Assembly: GCA_965205485.1 (NCBI GenBank)
Contig: OZ242180.1
Span: forward strand, 3,168,001-3,232,000
DNA: 64,000 bases
Direction of reading: 5' to 3'
Source of the DNA: Candidatus Latescibacterota bacterium
GTDB lineage: Bacteria > Latescibacterota > UBA2968 > GCA-2709665
In this document: positions 38,670 to 47,982 of the stretch, one piece after another
How positions within the stretch are numbered: position 1 is the first letter of the stretch
Layout: the number at the start of each line of letters is the position of its first letter
Position numbers and translations under genes: made by a program
Notes under the pieces: generated by a model
The model's input: only the letters and a program-made list of their open reading frames with translations
Told to the model about the DNA's origin: nothing
Database searches by the model: none

Positions 38670-38861
38670 GAAGCTGTTTTAAAATTACCGGTGAGTTCCC
38701 GAGCGCGAGCGAAAAAGTGGCGGTCAAGGCGGGAAAACCCGCCCATATTTGTCTATACGGGCGGGTTTGACCAACGCAGACCGGCGCTTTTGCAGCCGCG
38801 CGAAGACCGCTGGGAATTTTAAGACAGCTTCTAAAACGTCAGTGAAACGAAGGAGGCTTTC

Positions 38862-39212
38862 GTGAGCGAAGTCGTGATCTACCACAATCCAAGATGCAGC
38901 AAGAGCAGGCAAACGTTGAATCTTCTGAGGGAGCGAGGAATCGAGCCGAGAATCGTCGAGTACCTGAAAACGCCCCCGGACGAGCAGACGCTCTCCGGCA
39001 TTCTGGATATGCTGGGAATCCAGCCGTCGGACCTGGTCCGAACGAAGGAGGATGAATTCAGTGAACTTGGCCTTAAGGATAAGGTGAACGATCCGACGGC
39101 GCTGATCAGGGCGATGGCGACACATCCCATCCTGATCGAGCGGCCGATCGTTATCCACGGCGACCGGGCAAGGGTGGGTCGACCGCCGGAAAGCGTACTG
39201 GAGATTCTTTGA
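38862..39212 (+). CDS. arsC: Arsenate reductase (glutaredoxin-type ArsC family)
   Basis: IYHNPRCSKSR, EYLKTPP, HPILIERPIV, GRPPE. Confidence 0.88.
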   Translation: MSEVVIYHNPRCSKSRQTLNLLRERGIEPRIVEYLKTPPDEQTLSGILDMLGIQPSDLVRTKEDEFSELGLKDKVNDPTALIRAMATHPILIERPIVIHGDRARVGRPPESVLEIL

Positions 39213-39252
39213 GGAACGCCGAAAGACGCAGCGTTGACGGACCCTGAACTGA

Positions 39253-39279
39253 ACCCCGCCGGACGCTCTCCGGCGGGGT
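39253..39279 (+). terminator. Putative terminator hairpin
   Basis: ACCCCGCCGGA-CGCTC-TCCGGCGGGGT after arsC, with a weak U-tract. Confidence 0.5.
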
Positions 39280-39397
39280 ATTCATCGGCGCCTCGGGGAT
39301 AGTCATTGCGTCTGATATTCCGGAAAACTATATTTCCTGGCGCACGGAAAAGCCGCGTGACTCCATGGTTTAGACCGCGTGAAGGAAAGGTACTCGC

Positions 39398-40450
39398 ATG
39401 ACGGCCGCCAAGCGGGTCATTTCAGCCGAAGCGTTGAAGAAACGCCTGGAGCGTTTTTCGCGTCTGCCGCTGGCAGACCTGCCAACACCGCTCCTGGATT
39501 GCCCCAGGCTCTCGGAACAGTTGGGCGGACCCCGGATTCTGGTCAAGCGGGAGGACCTGACCGGCATGGCCTTTGGCGGTAACAAGGTCCGCGAGTTCGA
39601 GTATTCAGTAGCACCGGCGATCCGGGAGGGCTACGACGTTCTTTTGCACGGGGCGGCGTCCCAGTCGAACCAGTCCCGGCTCACCGCGGCGATGGCGGCC
39701 CGGTTCGGGCTGAAGGCCGTCATGGTCGGCCGGAGGGACGCGCATTCCCACCCGGTGAACGGAAACCTGCTTCTGGACCATCTGTTCGGCGCCGAGGTCC
39801 ACCTCGTAGACCGTCCGGAAGAGAAGGACCAGGTCATCGAGCGCCTGAAGTCGGAGGGTCAACGGGTCTACAACACGAGCACGGACGGATACTACCTGCG
39901 AAGCATCTCCTACGTCGACGGTTTTCTGGAACTGTGGGAACAGTTGCAGGATCGAGGTGTACGGCCGGACGGGCTCTACCTTTGCTCAGGGGTACACACG
40001 CACGTGGGGTTGGTCGTGGGCGCACGCGCGCTGGGGGTTCCGCTCCGCGTCGTCGGGATCAGTCCCAGCCCCCAGGATGACGAGGAGGATGCGGCGAGCC
40101 TCGCCCGGGTGGCGAACACCGTGGCGGAGATGCTGGCCCTGGACCTGTCGTTCACCGGAGACGACTTCGAGAGCTACGGAGCCTTTGCGGGCGATGGATA
40201 TGGAATATTGACGGATGGGAGCCGCGAAGCGGTTGTAATGGCCGCGCGCACCGAGGCGCTCATTCTGGATCCCGTCTACACCGGCAAGGCATTCGGGGCG
40301 ATGGTCCGGCACATACGCGAGGGTCAATGGGAGCCGGGACAGACGGTCGTGTTCGTGCATACCGGTGGCACGCCGGCCCTGTTCGCGTACGCCGATGAAA
40401 TATTGCAGTTGGAGCCGGGGGAACCGGCTCGCGGGGTAGCAGTCGAGTGA
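39398..40450 (+). CDS. D-cysteine desulfhydrase/ACC deaminase-family PLP enzyme (divergent)
   Basis: LPTPL, VKREDLTG..GGNKVR, QSN, GNLLLD, LDPVYTGKA, FVHTGG. Confidence 0.85.
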   Translation: MTAAKRVISAEALKKRLERFSRLPLADLPTPLLDCPRLSEQLGGPRILVKREDLTGMAFGGNKVREFEYSVAPAIREGYDVLLHGAASQSNQSRLTAAMAARFGLKAVMVGRRDAHSHPVNGNLLLDHLFGAEVHLVDRPEEKDQVIERLKSEGQRVYNTSTDGYYLRSISYVDGFLELWEQLQDRGVRPDGLYLCSGVHTHVGLVVGARALGVPLRVVGISPSPQDDEEDAASLARVANTVAEMLALDLSFTGDDFESYGAFAGDGYGILTDGSREAVVMAARTEALILDPVYTGKAFGAMVRHIREGQWEPGQTVVFVHTGGTPALFAYADEILQLEPGEPARGVAVE

Positions 40451-40488
40451 CGTCAGCGAATCACCGGGAAACGAAAGCAGGTAGAAAG

Positions 40489-41916
40489 ATGTCAGACAAT
40501 ATTCCGAACGTGCTGGCCGGGCGGTACGCGAGTTCGGAAATCAGGGAGATCTGGTCGGAAGAGGGGAGAATCGTGCTGGAGAGGCGGTTCTGGATCGCGG
40601 TGATGAGGGCCCAGCGTAAACTGGGGCTGGATGTGCCGGAAGAGGCGATTCGCGCCTATGAGGGCGTCGTGGACCGCGTGGACCTGGCCTCTATACAGCG
40701 CAGGGAAGCCGAGACAAGGCACGACGTCAAGGCGCGCATCGAGGAGTTCTGCGAGTTGGCAGGGTACGAACACATTCACAAGGGGATGACCAGCCGGGAC
40801 CTCACGGACAACGTGGAGCAGTTTCAGGTACTGCGTTCATTGCGGCCCCTGGCGACCAAATACGTGGCGGTGCTGATGCGGGTTGCCCGGCGGGTGCGGG
40901 AATGGAAGGCGATGCCCATTGTCGGCCGCACCCACCATGCGGCGGCTCAGCCGACAACGGTGGGCAAACGATTCGCGATGTTCGGCGAGGAAATGCTGCA
41001 TGCGTTCAGGCGATTCGAGCACCTCGTGGAGAACTACCCGCTGCGGGGGCTGAAAGGCGCGGTAGGGACGTCTCTGGACCAGTTGACGCTTGTACACGGC
41101 GACCATCGGAAACTGGAAGCCCTCCAGGAGGAAGTCCGGGTCTACCTGGGGTTCGGGCGCGAGTTGAACGCTGTGGGGCAGGTCTATCCGCGGGGTCTGG
41201 ATTTCGAGGTGATCAGCTGCTTCTACCAGATGGGTGGGGGTATCGCCAATCTCTCACGTACGTTGCGACTGATGGCGGGCGCCGAGACCGCAACAGAGGG
41301 GTTCGCGAAGGGCCAGGTGGGTTCTTCCGCCATGCCGCACAAGATGAATACCCGGAGCGCCGAGCGGATCAACGGCTTTCAGGTGCTTCTCGGCGGGTAC
41401 GTCCATATGGTCGGCGGGCTCGTGGGCGACCAGTGGTTCGAAGGCGACGTGTCCTGCTCGGTGGTGCGTCGCGTGGCGCTGCCCGACGCCATATTCGCAT
41501 TTGACGGGATGCTGGAAACCGCGCTGCACGTGCTGGACGAAATGGGCGTCTATGAAGCGGTCATTCGGAATGAACTGACCAGGTATATGCCGTTCCTGGC
41601 CACAACCACGCTGCTGATGGCTTCCGTCCAGCGTGGCGGCGGACGCGAACAGGTCCACGACGCCCTGAAGGAGCACGCGGTAGCCGTGGCGCTGGAAATG
41701 CGCGAGGAGGGCCGGGAGAAAAACGACCTCGTAAAGCGCCTTGGAGATGACAGCCGGATTCCGCTTGCGGCCGACGAGATCGAGGACATCCTGGGTGAGA
41801 GCGAACGCTTCGTGGGTCAGGCGGAGGCCCAGTCGGAAGGATTCGTGAATGCGGTGGATGAATTGACCGAGCGGTATCCCGAAGCCGCCGGTGTACGAAA
41901 GGGTCGGCTACTGTGA
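40489..41916 (+). CDS. purB: Adenylosuccinate lyase
   Basis: RYAS, RHDV, HKGMTSRD, GRTH..AQPTT, GSSAMPHKMN signature. Confidence 0.92.
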   Translation: MSDNIPNVLAGRYASSEIREIWSEEGRIVLERRFWIAVMRAQRKLGLDVPEEAIRAYEGVVDRVDLASIQRREAETRHDVKARIEEFCELAGYEHIHKGMTSRDLTDNVEQFQVLRSLRPLATKYVAVLMRVARRVREWKAMPIVGRTHHAAAQPTTVGKRFAMFGEEMLHAFRRFEHLVENYPLRGLKGAVGTSLDQLTLVHGDHRKLEALQEEVRVYLGFGRELNAVGQVYPRGLDFEVISCFYQMGGGIANLSRTLRLMAGAETATEGFAKGQVGSSAMPHKMNTRSAERINGFQVLLGGYVHMVGGLVGDQWFEGDVSCSVVRRVALPDAIFAFDGMLETALHVLDEMGVYEAVIRNELTRYMPFLATTTLLMASVQRGGGREQVHDALKEHAVAVALEMREEGREKNDLVKRLGDDSRIPLAADEIEDILGESERFVGQAEAQSEGFVNAVDELTERYPEAAGVRKGRLL

Positions 41917-42552
41917 CGGGTTGCTCTGTGACGCCTCGCGCCTTCCATCCAGCCGCTCCTTGAGCATGTACAGCGCAATAACCGTCTTCGAGTCAACGAT
42001 GCGTCCGTCTGCCACCATGCGAAGGGCTTCCCCGAAGGCGATGATGTGCGGGCGGATATCTTCCGATTCGGCTTCCAGACCGGCGTGCCGGCGTATACCC
42101 TCCAGTTTACTCACGCGGGCGAGATAGAGTTCGGTGCGTTCGGAGGTGCCCCCGGGGCTGACGTAGACCGTCGTTAGATGTTCCAGTTCACCACGTAAGG
42201 CGTATCCTGTCTCTTCGAGCAGCTCTCGCCTGCCGACGTCCGGCCCACGCGCGTCCTTGATGCCCGCGACGGTTTCCAGGATCCAGCCCTTGCCGTCCCG
42301 TTCCGATTCAGGGTAGCTCGCATACACGGGATAGCGAAATTGTTCGACGAGGACGACTTCGTCGGTGTCGTCCGCGTACAGGAGCACCGCAACGCTGTCG
42401 CCCCGGCTGAAATTCACCCGTTTGACCGCGGGACTCATCCGGCCGTCGAAGCGCTCGTGCGAGACCAGGGCTTCTTCCATGCAGAAAAGCACCCGCCCGT
42501 GGGGCGAATGAAATTCGTACGGCGTGGACCGGCTGCTGATTTCGACTCTCAT
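41908..42552 (-). CDS. Nudix hydrolase (NudF/NudK-like NDP-sugar pyrophosphatase)
   Basis: RGDSVAVL, LVEQFRYP, AG..RRELLEETGY, SPGGTSE, ESEDI, DSKTVIAL. It is the C-terminal part of the long ORF 41908..43758. Confidence 0.85.
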   Translation of the reverse strand: MRVEISSRSTPYEFHSPHGRVLFCMEEALVSHERFDGRMSPAVKRVNFSRGDSVAVLLYADDTDEVVLVEQFRYPVYASYPESERDGKGWILETVAGIKDARGPDVGRRELLEETGYALRGELEHLTTVYVSPGGTSERTELYLARVSKLEGIRRHAGLEAESEDIRPHIIAFGEALRMVADGRIVDSKTVIALYMLKERLDGRREASQSNPSQ

Positions 42553-42654
42553 AAATGCACTCCGTTCGCAATGAAGTTCTACTTCCGGCACCTCGAAATC
42601 TATGTCCGTTCTGCCCGTAACGCAACGCTGATTTTTCTTTCTTGAAGGCGCGTG

Positions 42655-43893
42655 ATGTCCAGCCGACTCGCATTGTTTGGAGGAGAGCCCGAAGTTGACA
42701 AGGGGATTTCGAATCCCTGGCCGCAGTTCGACGAGACTGAAGAGACCATCTTGCTGGAGGTGTTGCGCAGCCGGAACTGGAACTACGGCCCCAGGTGTCA
42801 GGAATTCGAAGAGAAATTCGCCCGTTTTCAGGATGCCGCATACGGAGTCGTCTGCAGCGGGGGCACCAATGCGCTGGAAGCCGCGTGCCGTGGCGCACAG
42901 ATCGGCATCGGAGATGAGGTGATTACCAGTCCATATACCTTCCACGGAACGTGCATGGGTATTCTGGCGGCGGGTGCAGCGGTGACTTTTGCTGACATCG
43001 CTCCGAATTCGGACAATATCGACCCCGATGCGATTGAAGCGGCGATTACCCACCGCACGAAGGCGATCATGGTTGTGCATTTCGGCGGGCTGGCATGCGA
43101 TATGCGGCGAATCCGGAGCATCGCGGACCGCCACGATCTCGTCGTGCTGGAAGACGCCTGCCACGGCTGGGGGGCGTCGTATATGGGCCGGGGGCTGGGT
43201 AGTTGGGGCCTGGCATCGGGCTTCAGTTTTCAGCGAAGTAAAAATATCACTTCCGGAGAAGGCGGCATCGCGCTGACGAACGACGAAGACGTGGCCGACC
43301 GGATGAACTGCGTGATCAACTCGGGACGGTCCCGGTTCGACCGGGCGCCCGAAGGACTCCGCTGGGGCGGCAACCATCGAATGTCGGAATTTTCGGCCGC
43401 GATACTCTTGTGCCAGTTGGAGCGGGTCAGAAAGCAAACGGAAATCCGGGAACAGAATGCCGCGATGCTGACCCGGACGCTTTCGCGGGTCGATGGCATC
43501 GAGCCGGTCGAAAGACTGCCTGAAGCGACCAGGGCGAGCTGGCACATTTACGGCGCCAGGTACGAACCGGAGGAATTCGACGGGGTATCCCGCGAGCGCT
43601 TGCTTCAGGCACTCAGAGCGGAGGGGGTGCCCGCCAGCGGCGGCTACACCGAGCCGGTCTATCGGAATCCCGTATTTCAAAACGACTGGAAAGCGGGTTC
43701 CTACAGGCCCTTCGCCTGGACGATGATGGACGACGCGCCGGACTATCGAAGTCTTCATCTGCCGAACGTGGAAGCGGCCTGCAAAGACCGGATCTGGCTG
43801 TCACAGACGGTGCTGCTCGCCTCCGAAGCGAAGATGACGGATCTTTGCCGGGCGTTTGAGAAGGTGAGAACGCACGCGGCAGACTTGCGCTGA
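42655..43893 (+). CDS. DegT/DnrJ/EryC1/StrS-family PLP aminotransferase
   Basis: GGTNAL, GDEVI, VHFGG, EDACH, FSFQRSKNITSGEGG, NHRMSE. Confidence 0.92.
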   Translation: MSSRLALFGGEPEVDKGISNPWPQFDETEETILLEVLRSRNWNYGPRCQEFEEKFARFQDAAYGVVCSGGTNALEAACRGAQIGIGDEVITSPYTFHGTCMGILAAGAAVTFADIAPNSDNIDPDAIEAAITHRTKAIMVVHFGGLACDMRRIRSIADRHDLVVLEDACHGWGASYMGRGLGSWGLASGFSFQRSKNITSGEGGIALTNDEDVADRMNCVINSGRSRFDRAPEGLRWGGNHRMSEFSAAILLCQLERVRKQTEIREQNAAMLTRTLSRVDGIEPVERLPEATRASWHIYGARYEPEEFDGVSRERLLQALRAEGVPASGGYTEPVYRNPVFQNDWKAGSYRPFAWTMMDDAPDYRSLHLPNVEAACKDRIWLSQTVLLASEAKMTDLCRAFEKVRTHAADLR

Positions 43894-44026
43894 CCAGTTG
43901 AAGCCGACCTCGTTCGCCCCCGAAAGACCGCGGGGAATTCCAGAGTTTCGACGATTTTGGCAATCGGTATGACAACTGAGGATCCGGAACGGATCTCATT
44001 TCGCTGTTACCGAAACCGGAGGTGCC

Positions 44027-44755
44027 ATGTTCGAAAACGCCGTTGGACTGAAGAAAAGGATCCGCGATGGAGAGCAGATCGTGGGTACGATGCTGCCGCT
44101 GGATGCGACCCGGGAGCGTTTCCTGCAGGTGATGGACAGCGGTCCGTACGATTTCGTATCGACAGACAGCCAGCATTCGGCGCTGAATGAAGAGCGGTTG
44201 GAGGAATTCTGCGGCATCGCTGAGGAATTGGACGTATTCGTCCAGTTTCGCATTAAACATACCAGGAACGCGTACCTGATCGGAAATTACCTGGACCTGG
44301 GGCCGTGTGGCGTCGAGGTGCCCCAGACGGAGACGGATGAGACGGCAATCGAGGCCGTGGACGCATTTTACTATCCGCAGGCGGGGATCCGGAGCATCGG
44401 CGGACGTTCGCGGCGCGGGGCTGCGGCGATCTCCGACCCCTTCGAATACGCGGACTGGTGGAACGCATACGGGGTGCTGTGGTTGCAGATCGAGTCCGTA
44501 GAGGCCGCGACCCGGGCGCATTTTCTGGCCAGACCCGGTGTGGATTGCCTTTCGTTCGGACCCACCGACCTGACGTTCAACCTGAGATCCCACCCCAATC
44601 ACGCCCTGAAGTCGGTCGATGACGCCGTGGCCTACGTGGCAACGTCGCTTCAGGGAACCGGCGTGGCCGTGTGTCACCGGATCGCCTCGGCGGAACAACG
44701 TTCCAGATACCTTGATATGGGGGTGACGGTCATTCTGGAGCCGCCGGCGGTCTGA
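44027..44755 (+). CDS. HpcH/HpaI-family aldolase
   Basis: DSQHS, YYPQAGIRSIG, LQIES, SFGPTDL. Confidence 0.8.
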   Translation: MFENAVGLKKRIRDGEQIVGTMLPLDATRERFLQVMDSGPYDFVSTDSQHSALNEERLEEFCGIAEELDVFVQFRIKHTRNAYLIGNYLDLGPCGVEVPQTETDETAIEAVDAFYYPQAGIRSIGGRSRRGAAAISDPFEYADWWNAYGVLWLQIESVEAATRAHFLARPGVDCLSFGPTDLTFNLRSHPNHALKSVDDAVAYVATSLQGTGVAVCHRIASAEQRSRYLDMGVTVILEPPAV

Positions 44756-44817
44756 GCGTACAGGCGCGGTGCGGGGGCGTGACATCGGATGCCGTCTATC
44801 GAAGGGGGAGGACCATC

Positions 44818-46026
44818 ATGACGGAGTCGTCGGGACCACGTGGCGAAGTCAGTGTCGCGGATTTCTTCGACCCGGACTCACCCACGTGCGGGATTGCCGA
44901 GGCGATCGCTTCTCTGTCTCCGGGTGGAGGAAGGGTCCGCGCGCCCGCGGGGGCCTACCCGTTGCGGCAGTCGATCTATCTTCCCGGCAACGTCAGCCTG
45001 GTTGGCGATGGGCCTGCAACCGTCCTGGCGATACGGCCGCCGGAATCGGTCGCCCTGACCAAAGACGTACGCGAGGGCGAGCGTGCATTCGATTGCAGCA
45101 CGCGCCCCCCCTTCCAGGAGGGCGACGCGGTCGGGCTGTGCGATGACCGGCAGACCGGCTGGCACGGTACCCACGGTATCGTGCGCGAGCGAAGCGGCGC
45201 CCGCGTCCGGCTTAACGTACCGGTGGAACGGGACTTGAAGGTGGCGGACAATGCAAGGGCCGTGCGACTCTTTCCGGCGATTTACGCGCTGGATGAGGTC
45301 GATATCGAGATTCAGGGCTTGGCGATACGGGGTCCGGAACGGTACCGGGGACCCTGGTGGGACTTCACGTACGCGGCGGTCCATCTGGTTGGATGCAGGC
45401 GCGTGAGATTGGTGAATTGCACGGTGTCGGACTGGCCCAGCGACGGGTTCGGCATTCAAAGAGGCAGCGACGTCCAGGTGATGCAATGCCAGGCGCACGG
45501 GTGCCGTGGTCACGGGTTTCATCCCGGCACGGCCCTGCGTGCGAGCGTCTGGTCACACAATATCGCTGAAGGCAACGGCGGCGACGGCTTTTTCTTCTGC
45601 GCCCGCGTACACCATTCCGTGTGCAGCGACAGCGTGTTCTCGCGCAATGGTCAACACGGTATCGGCGGGGTGGCGAATGGAGGCGATCACCACAATATCG
45701 TCAGCGACAATGTCTGCGCGTACAACGGACGCAGCGGAATTGACGCCAGCAGGGGAGAGGAGCACATGCTTTCCGGCAACCTGCTGTTAAGCAATTCGCA
45801 GGAAGCGCCGGGCCGATGGCCCGGGATCAGGCTGCACGACCTTGATCGGACAATTGTCCGGGGCAACCGTTGCGCGGACGATCAGACGGTGCCAACGCAG
45901 ACCTGCGGCATCGTGGAGAGCGGGTCCAGCAACTGCAACCTGATCGGCGGCAATATGTGTGTGGGGATGAAGGAGCCGGTTGTGGTGACGGGCTCGAACA
46001 GCCGGGCGGAGGGGAATCTGGTCTGA
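44818..46026 (+). CDS. Right-handed parallel beta-helix protein (pectate-lyase-like fold)
   Basis: AIASL..GGGRV..PAGAY, VSLVGDG, repeated N..GNGGDG / NGQHGI / NGRSGI. Alternative start at 44779. Confidence 0.75.
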   Translation: MTESSGPRGEVSVADFFDPDSPTCGIAEAIASLSPGGGRVRAPAGAYPLRQSIYLPGNVSLVGDGPATVLAIRPPESVALTKDVREGERAFDCSTRPPFQEGDAVGLCDDRQTGWHGTHGIVRERSGARVRLNVPVERDLKVADNARAVRLFPAIYALDEVDIEIQGLAIRGPERYRGPWWDFTYAAVHLVGCRRVRLVNCTVSDWPSDGFGIQRGSDVQVMQCQAHGCRGHGFHPGTALRASVWSHNIAEGNGGDGFFFCARVHHSVCSDSVFSRNGQHGIGGVANGGDHHNIVSDNVCAYNGRSGIDASRGEEHMLSGNLLLSNSQEAPGRWPGIRLHDLDRTIVRGNRCADDQTVPTQTCGIVESGSSNCNLIGGNMCVGMKEPVVVTGSNSRAEGNLV

Positions 46027-46154
46027 TCGACCGCACCGGGGATGGCCTCCCGGCGAGGCGCGGTCGATCCTGAACTGACAGACCGATGTGGATAATGGCT
46101 CGCCGGTCCGATTTTCGGGCCAGCGAGTTTTGTTGTTCCGGGACAGAACATCGG

Positions 46155-46344
46155 CCCCAATTCGAAAAACCAGCAACGCGGTGACGCGACGAAAACCCCC
46201 GAAACGGGGCGTAAAGGTCGTCCAAGAGGACGTTTTTTCAGTTCAGGTCCAGTGACCTGGTGTATCCTTGTAATCAGCCTTCTAATCGCCTTTAATAACT
46301 AGCACTTATTCGAATTAACGTCCACGAGAACTTACGAATCAAGG
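46155..46344. mobile_element. 190-bp MITE-like element family A, copy 2
   Basis: CCCCAATTCGAAA ... TTACGAATCAAGG, same length as copy 1. Flanks are TCGG and TCAG. Confidence 0.7.
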
Positions 46345-47013
46345 TCAGATTGCGGCGAGGAGCGCGCCGATGGATATTTTGGAAAGGACCTCGCCCAGCA
46401 GAATGGCGGCCGCGAAGAGGCCGATGGCTTTGCCTCCGCCCACGTTGCAGGCGACGGCGAAAGCACGGTACATCAGCAATACCGTCCAGACGAGCAGCAA
46501 CAGCGCCAGAATGACGGCCAGGACGAAAACGGCGAGATCCAACGGGCTGACCTGCGCGAAGGACGTAAGTACGCCTCCGGAAGCGCCGGACCGGAACCGC
46601 GTCGGACCCTGCATCAGCTGCCCGGCGAGCTGGTCCGTAACGCGCCGGAAACCGGGAAGGAGCACGCAGAACAGGGTGATAGCCATCGGCACACGCGCCA
46701 GCGCCTGTGTGCCGAACACATCCAGCGGTCGGATCCTGCTCCGGGATATCAGCCGCCCCGCGAGATATGCCAGAACGCCCATCACCAGCCAGTTGATCAG
46801 GTTTTCGGCGACAAAGACCCACGCCGGCGCCGGCGGGCCCGCATGGAGGTCGATCACACCGTCGAAGTGATGATTCGTCGCCGCGCCAACGAGGCTGGCG
46901 ATCATCATCACGACAAGCCCGATGCCGAGGGCGGTCCCGCCCGCGACGTAATAAAACGGGTTGAAGAGCCAAGTCTTCAGCTTGTTCGAGGGTATACTAT
47001 CCGGCATTTCCAT
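46345..47013 (-). CDS. Small multi-TM membrane protein (YIP1-like)
   Basis: About five TM helices. WLFNPFYYVAG, HFDGVIDLH, RPLDVFGTQALAR, LMYRAFAVACN. Confidence 0.6.
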   Translation of the reverse strand: MEMPDSIPSNKLKTWLFNPFYYVAGGTALGIGLVVMMIASLVGAATNHHFDGVIDLHAGPPAPAWVFVAENLINWLVMGVLAYLAGRLISRSRIRPLDVFGTQALARVPMAITLFCVLLPGFRRVTDQLAGQLMQGPTRFRSGASGGVLTSFAQVSPLDLAVFVLAVILALLLLVWTVLLMYRAFAVACNVGGGKAIGLFAAAILLGEVLSKISIGALLAAI

Positions 47014-47166
47014 TGCGACCCCCTGAGGAGGCACATCGTCGCGTCCCGGTACGTGGCAATTGACGTGAAGAAAACAGGCGTGCCGCCTGCGCCGCCTGTT
47101 CTGCTTGCGTTGATTCTGTCGAAACGAGCCTTTCGGCGTGGGTCTATTTACGGCGACGCTGCATTT

Positions 47167-47191
47167 GTAGGGGCGACCCTTGTGGTCGCCC
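47167..47191 (+). repeat. GTAG-type REP palindrome, copy 7
   Basis: GTAGGGGCGACCCTTGTGGTCGCCC, with compensatory stem changes. Confidence 0.75.
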
Positions 47192-47200
47192 GCCCGCCTT

Positions 47201-47941
47201 TCAGGTCCCGGCCTCTGCCAGCGCATCCTGTACGGCTGCTTCCAGGGCGCGCAGATCGCTGGCGATATCCATGAACGTGAATCCCTCGCGTATGCGTTTC
47301 CGGACGATCTCCAGGTCGCGTTCCGGCATCCCGTAGGGCTTTCCGGCCTTCTTGCATCCCGAAACAAACGTTTGTATGGCGTTCTCGTGGTCCGGATGGC
47401 CCCGGTTCACGCCCATTGAAAGGGCCAGGTCGCCGGGTCCCAGGAATCCGACGTCGATTCCCTCGACAGACATGATGGCTGCGGTGTTGTCGATTCCCTC
47501 CATGTCTTCTATCTGTGGTACGATCATCACCGCGTCGTTGGCGCACCGGCGATATTCGTCGCCGTACACGGCAACCCGGCCCGTACCGGCTGAGCGGGCG
47601 CCCTCGGGGGGATAGCGCATGGCCTGCACAAGGGCTTCTGCCTGCCGTGGCGTACTCACGTGCGGTACGATGATGCCGTAGGCGCCCGCGTCCAGGATGC
47701 GTGCAAGGGAAACCGGATCGTGGTCCCACGCGCGGACGAAGGGCACGGCGCCCCGAGCCTCGATCGCGCGGAACGTGTCCGCGATCAGGGGAATGTCGAA
47801 TGGCGAGTGTTCCGCGTCTATCGCCAGCCACTCGTATCCGGCGGCCGCCATGACTTCCGCGGCGAGCGGGGAACCCAGGTTCAGCCAGCCTCCCAGGGAC
47901 AGTTCGCCCCTGAGAAGTTTCGCTTTGACGGGATTTTCCAC
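47201..47941 (-). CDS. HpcH/HpaI (GarL-like) 2-keto-3-deoxy sugar-acid aldolase
   Basis: IDAEHSP, PFVR, LDAGAYGIIVP, RYPPEGARS, PQIE, LGPGDLALSMG. Confidence 0.88.
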   Translation of the reverse strand: MENPVKAKLLRGELSLGGWLNLGSPLAAEVMAAAGYEWLAIDAEHSPFDIPLIADTFRAIEARGAVPFVRAWDHDPVSLARILDAGAYGIIVPHVSTPRQAEALVQAMRYPPEGARSAGTGRVAVYGDEYRRCANDAVMIVPQIEDMEGIDNTAAIMSVEGIDVGFLGPGDLALSMGVNRGHPDHENAIQTFVSGCKKAGKPYGMPERDLEIVRKRIREGFTFMDIASDLRALEAAVQDALAEAGT

Positions 47942-47982
47942 GGGGTCTCCTTCTTTAAGTGGGGTGCTCGGACAGTGACGGT

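Noticed and set aside
38862..39212. Arsenic-resistance operon
   Set aside because: The arsC-family gene stands alone, with no arsR, arsB or acr3 nearby.
42553..43758. Apparent 400-aa N-terminal extension of the Nudix ORF
   Set aside because: It is the antisense of the DegT aminotransferase. The Nudix protein plausibly starts at ATG 42552.
14299..47191. 25-nt repeats as a possible CRISPR array
   Set aside because: They are dispersed, in both orientations, not regularly spaced, and there are no cas genes. They fit REP elements.
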